NCBI GenBank assembly: GCA_963674755.2
Contig: CAXXVS010000001.1
Span: 320,001-384,000 of the forward strand
DNA length: 64,000 nt
Direction: 5' to 3'
Source of the DNA: Desulfobacterales bacterium
GTDB taxonomy: Bacteria; Desulfobacterota; Desulfobacteria; Desulfobacterales; UBA5852
Every line of letters begins with the position of its first letter. The first letter of the stretch is position 1. Position numbers and translations under genes: made by a program. A model generated the notes under the pieces. It saw only the letters and a program-made list of their open reading frames with translations. It did no database searches and was not told the DNA's origin. Of the stretch, positions 58,585 to 64,000 are shown piece by piece.

Positions 58585-60587
58585 GGGTGCGGGCCTCCAT
58601 GGTCTTCTTCCAACGGTTCGATACGGCAAAAGGATTCGTGATAGGCGGCATTTTCGCCCATGTCCGAAAGGACGTCGCCGGTCAGGCGGTTGACGGAGCC
58701 ACTGCGGTGCCACCAGCCCTGGTGGATTTTGACGATGCCGGGAAGCAGGCCGGCATCGGTTGCCAGGCGGGCCGCAATATGGCCCCGGGGGCTGGCAATC
58801 CGCATCATCCGGCCGGGGCTCAGGTGGCGACGCGCGGCCTCCGCCGGGTGGATGGATGCCACCGGCGGGTCGCTGCGAAAGGCGAATTGCTGGGAGTGCA
58901 TGGCGTGGGGATGATGGGGGGTCAGCAGACGGAAGGGATAGTCCGCCGGCGCGCTATGGACCGGTTCATACGTCGGCAGGGCCCGTCCGCCGTCCGCCAG
59001 GGCTTTCGCCGAATAGAATTCGAAGCGCCCCGAGGGAGTGCGGAAACGGCCGTCGCGCCAGGGCACGTCCCCATCGGGGATTTTGAAGGGGGCCGCCTGC
59101 AGATCCTCGATAGTGACCCCGAATTGCCGGGTCAGGGGCGCCAGGGCGTTTTCCAGGAAGACCCGGGCCGGCACATCGGGATAGCCGTCGAGTTCCATGC
59201 GCCGCGCCAACCGTCGAAAGAGTTCGTATTCGCCCAGCAGACCGTCGGGGGGCGCCACCGCCGGAGCGGCGTAGTTCAGGTAGGGCGAAAACATGGAACT
59301 GTAGACCAGATCCTCTTCTTCCAGAATGCTGGTGCAGGGCAGCACCAGGTCGGCGGCGCGGGCCGTGTCGGTCATGAACATGTCGATCACGACTTTGAAG
59401 GGGACACGGGCCAGGGCGCGCTCCAGGGCATTGATATCCGGCATTTGAACCAGCGGGTTGGCCTTGGCGAACATGGCGACCTCAATGGGCGGATCGTCGG
59501 CCGAGGCCAGGAAGCGCGCCATGCGGGCCAGGGGGAAGGTCCGGGGCGGATGGGCGGGCAGGCGCGCGCCGGCGCCCCCCGTGCGGTCGATCCAGGGGGC
59601 GATGGCGCGGTTGGCAAAGTTGACCCCGCCCCCCGCACGGCCGATATTACCGGTCAGGGCGGCCAGGGCGTCGATGCAGCGCACGGTGTTGCCGCCGTTG
59701 GCATAGCGCTGGAGCCCCATGCCGATGATGATGGCGGCGGGCGAGCGGTCGGCGTAACGTTCGGCCAGGCGGCAAATGACATCTTCGGGAATACCGGTGA
59801 TTCCGGCGGCGTGCGCCGGTGTAAAGGCTTGCAGGGATTCCCGGAAGCGTTCGAAACCCAGGGTGTGTTCGGCAATGAAGGGTTGATCGATGCGGCCGGT
59901 GGCCAGCAGGTGCTGGGCCATGCCCAGGGCCAGGGCGCCGTCGGTGCCCGGCTGCGGCTGCAGATGGAGATCGGCCTGGGTCGCGCTGAGGGTTTTACAG
60001 GGATCGATGACCGTCAGGTGCGCGCCCTGTTGGCGCGCTTGCTGCAAAAACGGCACGCTATGGGGATTGGTGGCCACCGGGTTGCGGCCCCAGATCAGGA
60101 TGCAGCCGGCATGGGCCAGGTCCTGGATGGCGTGGCCGCGCACATCGCCGAAATCATAGCGCTGGGCGGCGATCCCGGCCGACCAGCAGAGACTGCCCCG
60201 GGGAACTGAAACGCCCCCCAGGTGATCGAAAAAAAGACGATCGACGGATTTGATCAAGCCCCCATAGCCGCTGTCGGCATAATATAGAATGGACTGGAGG
60301 CCGTGGCTTCGAATGGCATGGCGGAAGCGCTCGGCCAGGAGGTCGAGGGCGGCGTCCCAGGCGAGGGGCTTCCAGCGGCCGTTTTCCTTCAGACGGGGTT
60401 GGCGCAGGCGTTGGGGATGGTAGAGGCGTTCCAGCAGATTTTTGCCTTTGACGCAGATGCGGCCCCGGGTAAGGGGATGGGCCGGATCGCCTTTGAGCCC
60501 CACCACCCGGCCATTCTCCACTTCGGCCAACAGGCCGCAGGCATCGAAGCAGTCCAGGGGGCAGGCGCATTTCACCAGACGTTTCAC
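58581..60587 (-). CDS. Molybdopterin-dependent oxidoreductase (DMSO reductase superfamily)
   Basis: CPLDCFDAC..ICVKG Fe-S motif, PGTDGALA, TARAADLVLP, HSQ. Confidence 0.9.
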   Translation of the reverse strand: MKRLVKCACPLDCFDACGLLAEVENGRVVGLKGDPAHPLTRGRICVKGKNLLERLYHPQRLRQPRLKENGRWKPLAWDAALDLLAERFRHAIRSHGLQSILYYADSGYGGLIKSVDRLFFDHLGGVSVPRGSLCWSAGIAAQRYDFGDVRGHAIQDLAHAGCILIWGRNPVATNPHSVPFLQQARQQGAHLTVIDPCKTLSATQADLHLQPQPGTDGALALGMAQHLLATGRIDQPFIAEHTLGFERFRESLQAFTPAHAAGITGIPEDVICRLAERYADRSPAAIIIGMGLQRYANGGNTVRCIDALAALTGNIGRAGGGVNFANRAIAPWIDRTGGAGARLPAHPPRTFPLARMARFLASADDPPIEVAMFAKANPLVQMPDINALERALARVPFKVVIDMFMTDTARAADLVLPCTSILEEEDLVYSSMFSPYLNYAAPAVAPPDGLLGEYELFRRLARRMELDGYPDVPARVFLENALAPLTRQFGVTIEDLQAAPFKIPDGDVPWRDGRFRTPSGRFEFYSAKALADGGRALPTYEPVHSAPADYPFRLLTPHHPHAMHSQQFAFRSDPPVASIHPAEAARRHLSPGRMMRIASPRGHIAARLATDAGLLPGIVKIHQGWWHRSGSVNRLTGDVLSDMGENAAYHESFCRIEPLEEDHGGPHP

Positions 60588-61837
60588 AGGGGCACGCTCC
60601 CGATGGCCAGCCAGACCGGATGTCCGCCATGCATGGTGCGATGGGCGGCAACGTCGAAGGGGAACTGCCGGAGAAGACGCTCTTCCGGCAGCACCAGAAT
60701 CACCCGCCAGCCGCGAAAATTCCGTTGCAGTTTGTGCAGGATTTCACCCACCAGGCGGGGGGTCGCTTCTTTTTTACCCAGGCGCTGCCCGTAGGGCGGG
60801 TTGAGGGCGATCAGCCCCCGATGGGGGCCGAGGGGGGGCGCGCTGAGATCGAAGAAGTCCTGCTGACGGAGATCGATCATTTCTTCCAGGTCCGATCCCC
60901 TCAGCAGGCCGGAGAGCCGATCGATAGCCGTCCGGCTGCGGTCGGCGGCATAGATCCCGGGCCCGGCCGGCGATGGGAAAACGGGTGCCGCCTGTTGGCG
61001 CAGATAGGCCCAGTGGGACGCCCGAAAGGCCGGCCAGTCCATGAAGGCGAAGGGACGATACCAGCCCGGCGGGATCTGCCCGGCCAGCATGGCCGCTTCG
61101 ATGGCAAAGGTACCGCTGCCGCACATGGGGTCGCAAAGCACGGTATCGGCGTCATAACCCGCCAGCATCAGGGCGGCCGCCGCCAGGGTTTCCCGCAGGG
61201 GGGCCGGACCGCCCTGGGTTTTGACGCCGCGCTTGTGAAGGTGGTCCCCCGAGCTGTCCAGGGAAAGGGTCAGCCGGTCGTTCTCCAGGCGTGCCCAGAT
61301 GTGCTGGGCAGGGTTGTCATCGCGGTCTGCGACGGTGCCGCCGGATGTGTGATGGCCGGTTAGGCGATTCTTTACGGCCTGCGCGATGCGGTCAGCCACG
61401 GCATCACTGTGATAGAGCCGTGATTTGTGTGTGCTGACCCGCACGTGGAGCGCCGTGTTGTCTTTGAGGTAGAGTTCCCAAGGGATGGCGTTGGTGTGTT
61501 TTTCGAGGGTTTCGAAATCACGGGCCTTGAAGCGCTGGATGCGCATGAGAATGCGGCTGGCGGTGCGGCACATCAGGTTGGCCTGGTAGCCGGTGGTCAG
61601 CCGGCCGGTAAACGCCACGCCGCCCCTGCGTGGAACCGCTTCGCCAGGCGGCACGCGCAAGCCCGTCAGCTCGCTGTGGCAGAGGGATTCCAAGCCCGGC
61701 GCAGTTATGGCGAAAAACCGCTGTTCGCGGCCGATCAGATGCTGTTTGATGCGGCGTTCAAGCGCCTTGGCGACAGCGCCGGGCCGGCCTGGTGCAAGGT
61801 GGAGGGCCGTATTGTCGGTCGGGTTTTGGTTCATCAT
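60584..61837 (-). CDS. THUMP-domain RNA methyltransferase (RlmL-like)
   Basis: LDSSGDHLHKRG, APLRETLAA, DPMCGSGT, NPPYG. Confidence 0.88.
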   Translation of the reverse strand: MMNQNPTDNTALHLAPGRPGAVAKALERRIKQHLIGREQRFFAITAPGLESLCHSELTGLRVPPGEAVPRRGGVAFTGRLTTGYQANLMCRTASRILMRIQRFKARDFETLEKHTNAIPWELYLKDNTALHVRVSTHKSRLYHSDAVADRIAQAVKNRLTGHHTSGGTVADRDDNPAQHIWARLENDRLTLSLDSSGDHLHKRGVKTQGGPAPLRETLAAAALMLAGYDADTVLCDPMCGSGTFAIEAAMLAGQIPPGWYRPFAFMDWPAFRASHWAYLRQQAAPVFPSPAGPGIYAADRSRTAIDRLSGLLRGSDLEEMIDLRQQDFFDLSAPPLGPHRGLIALNPPYGQRLGKKEATPRLVGEILHKLQRNFRGWRVILVLPEERLLRQFPFDVAAHRTMHGGHPVWLAIGSVPL

Positions 61838-62023
61838 AAACTCCCTGCCTCGGCAGATTCGTCCTGCCAACCGGGCTGAGGGGTTGCCAATCGATCCGGA
61901 ATCGTCTTTATGTCGCAGAGATCGGCCGTTCAGGCAACACTCTTTCGCGGTCGTTCCCCGATCGCAGGGAAAGGGATAGGGGCGGGGATGGACCGGCAGA
62001 TGAGGTGCATTGAGGAGGATAGG

Positions 62024-63118
62024 ATGAACGTTGCGATTTCCCGCGCGGCTTATGACGATGCCTTGAAAGGGACGCTCTACGCGCTCCTGCAACAGGAAGG
62101 GCTCGATCGTGAGGTCCGGGGGCGGGTGCTGATCAAACCCAACCTGCTGTTGGCGGCCCGCCCTGAGCGGGCCATTACCACCCACCCGCTGGTGGTGCGG
62201 GCGGTGGCCGAGTTCGTGCGGGACCACGGCGGCCATCCCATGGTGGCCGACAGCCCGGCCGTGGGGAAAATAGACCGAATCTATCGTCTCGGGGCCTACC
62301 GGGAGGCCCTGGTGGGGTTAGACGTCCCTTTTCTGGCCTTCGAGGGAGAAGCCGAAATGGATATCGGCCCCCCTTTCGGGCGGGTACCGCTGGCGCGCCA
62401 GGCCCTCGAGGCGGACGCCGTCATCAATTTGGCCAAGCTCAAGACCCACAGCCAGATGACCCTGACCCTGGGTGTCAAGAATACCTTCGGCTGCGTGGTG
62501 GGACTGAAGAAACCCGAGTGGCACATGCGGGCCGGCATCGACAAAAGCCTGTTCGCCCGCCTGATCGTGCAGATTCACCAGGCCGTGGCCCCGCGCTATA
62601 CCCTGATCGATGGCATCATGGGCCTGGAAGGGCACGGACCAGGCAAGGCCGGCCGGCCTGTGGCCCTGGGGCTTTTGATCGGCAGCCGCAGCGCCCATGC
62701 CGCCGACCACGCCGTCTGCGACCTGATCGGCTGGCCGCACGAACGGCTGCCGACCCTGCGCGCGGCCGAAGAACTTGGCATCCCCCACGTCCCCCGGCAG
62801 GTCGCCGGGAACGGCCCCGGGCGCATCCGCCTGCAATTGCCGGAAGCCGGTACGACCCGCTTCGGGCCGGAATTCCTGCAGCCCGTGCTGCGGCGCCATC
62901 TCTTCCGGCGGCCGGTGGCCGATGCCGATCGCTGCCGCCTGTGCGGCGAATGCTGGAAGTACTGCCCGGCGCATGCCATCCAATCCCGCGGGGACCGGCT
63001 GCACTTCGATTACAACCGTTGCATTCGTTGCTATTGCTGCATCGAAGTCTGCCCCCACGGGGCCATGACGTCGGCCGAAACGGCGGCGGGTCGATTGTTG
63101 CGGCGCCTGCGTTTTTAA
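62024..63118 (+). CDS. DUF362 protein with a C-terminal 4Fe-4S dicluster
   Basis: LIKPNL, TTHP, KLKTH..TLGVKNTFG, EGHGP, two CxxCxxCxxxCP. Confidence 0.88.
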   Translation: MNVAISRAAYDDALKGTLYALLQQEGLDREVRGRVLIKPNLLLAARPERAITTHPLVVRAVAEFVRDHGGHPMVADSPAVGKIDRIYRLGAYREALVGLDVPFLAFEGEAEMDIGPPFGRVPLARQALEADAVINLAKLKTHSQMTLTLGVKNTFGCVVGLKKPEWHMRAGIDKSLFARLIVQIHQAVAPRYTLIDGIMGLEGHGPGKAGRPVALGLLIGSRSAHAADHAVCDLIGWPHERLPTLRAAEELGIPHVPRQVAGNGPGRIRLQLPEAGTTRFGPEFLQPVLRRHLFRRPVADADRCRLCGECWKYCPAHAIQSRGDRLHFDYNRCIRCYCCIEVCPHGAMTSAETAAGRLLRRLRF

Positions 63119-63234
63119 GGGCGGCGCCGAGGCCGTGGCGACCGGCTGGATTTTCTAAGGCGTTCCTTCTGGGTTCGGAAGGGCGCGATCATCGAGCGCG
63201 CATGATTTCCTGATTCGACAGCACCCGCGCGGTT

Positions 63235-63954
63235 CTAGGCCGCCTGCTTCTTGAGCGCGTAGCTCCGCCACATGGCGTAATATTTCAGGAAGTCCACATG
63301 ACCGATGATGGCAAAACCGGCCTTTTCAAACTCGCCTTCGACGGTTTCAGGCGGCAGGACGACGCGCCGGTCATACACCCCGCGGGGGGGCGTTGCCGTT
63401 TTCTGCGGCGGGGTCGTCTTAGCGCCGTCCCCGGTCCGGGGGCGCCGGGCACGCCGTCGCCAGGTTTTATAGTTGCCCTCCACCCACAAGGAGACCGCCA
63501 CGGTGTCGCGCGTCACGCGGCGAAATTCCCTCAGGAGCGCCAGGCGGTCCTCGGCATGGGCAAAGTGGTGCAGCAGGCGCATGCAGAAGACGTGGTCCAC
63601 GCTCTCGTCCGGCAGACCGGTGTCAAAGGCCGAACACTGGAAGAGGGCGATGCGGTCCAGCAGATCCGGCGGATTGACCTGGCGCGCCACCGCCAGCATG
63701 GGCGCGCTGTTGTCCGCGGCCATGATGACGCGGTCTTTTTGGCGGCTCAGGGTGGGCCAGAAGCGGCCCGTTCCGCAGGGCAGGTCCAGAACGGTGGCCG
63801 GATTTCCCGAGAGCGCCAGGAGTTTGGCGGCCACGCATTGCTCGCGCCAGTTGGAGAGCCGGCGGCCGAGCGTACGGCGATGATGTTCATGGTAGTGGTG
63901 CGCCTGATTAAAATTGTAGCTTGAGGAGGAATGCTGTTGACTCGATGTCATCAC
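63235..63954 (-). CDS. Class I SAM-dependent methyltransferase
   Basis: VLDLPCGTGRF, DNSAPML, RLLHH; GAGGTG RBS. Confidence 0.88.
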   Translation of the reverse strand: MMTSSQQHSSSSYNFNQAHHYHEHHRRTLGRRLSNWREQCVAAKLLALSGNPATVLDLPCGTGRFWPTLSRQKDRVIMAADNSAPMLAVARQVNPPDLLDRIALFQCSAFDTGLPDESVDHVFCMRLLHHFAHAEDRLALLREFRRVTRDTVAVSLWVEGNYKTWRRRARRPRTGDGAKTTPPQKTATPPRGVYDRRVVLPPETVEGEFEKAGFAIIGHVDFLKYYAMWRSYALKKQAA

Positions 63955-64000
63955 GTCACCTCGATATGATCGCTCGCATACGTGGGGATATATCGAGGAT

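Noticed and set aside
4462..63058. Many long antisense or alternate-frame ORFs (e.g. 4462-5811, 27075-28703, 39342-40784, 58587-60209)
   Set aside because: Shadow ORFs of well-supported genes in GC-rich DNA, with no motifs or RBS

Overview
GC-rich bacterial chromosomal window, most likely from a sulfate-reducing Desulfobacterota genome (Desulfosarcina/Desulfatitalea-like; inferred from gene content). Most of it is anaerobic metabolism: a NosL/ABC/Cys-rich membrane protein cluster, the aapJQMP amino-acid ABC importer, a TRAP transporter, the glycyl-radical enzyme HypD with its activase, cysE-cysK, a sigma54-driven octaheme cytochrome c plus cytochrome b, nifU-nifS, xth, a Fur/PerR regulator, citrate synthase, glutaredoxin plus an FTR catalytic subunit, a stand-alone CODH (cooS), two PAS sigma54 activators, sfsA, mobB, a hybrid kinase, tpx and a molybdopterin oxidoreductase. 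Two accessory regions stand out. (1) At 10-13.3 kb, three sigma54-dependent PEP-CTERM surface-protein genes. Two are preceded by GEMM-I riboswitches that differ at the specificity base (G20, predicted c-di-GMP; A20, predicted 3',3'-cGAMP), and one protein carries a Cys-Gln thioester-like motif pair. (2) At about 47-56.4 kb, an AT-rich island with a RAYT/Y1-transposase remnant, repeated AGGGCGTCCC end motifs and a tightly spaced four-gene operon (SAM methyltransferase, PfkB kinase, MazG/dCTPase-type pyrophosphatase, transmembrane protein with a GAF-like C-terminus). This operon is the best candidate for an undescribed nucleotide-modifying, possibly anti-phage, system. A modular MITE-like repeat occurs at least seven times and contributes stop codons to host genes. 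No rRNA, tRNA or CRISPR array was recognised. All family calls come from motif recognition by eye; no database searches were run.
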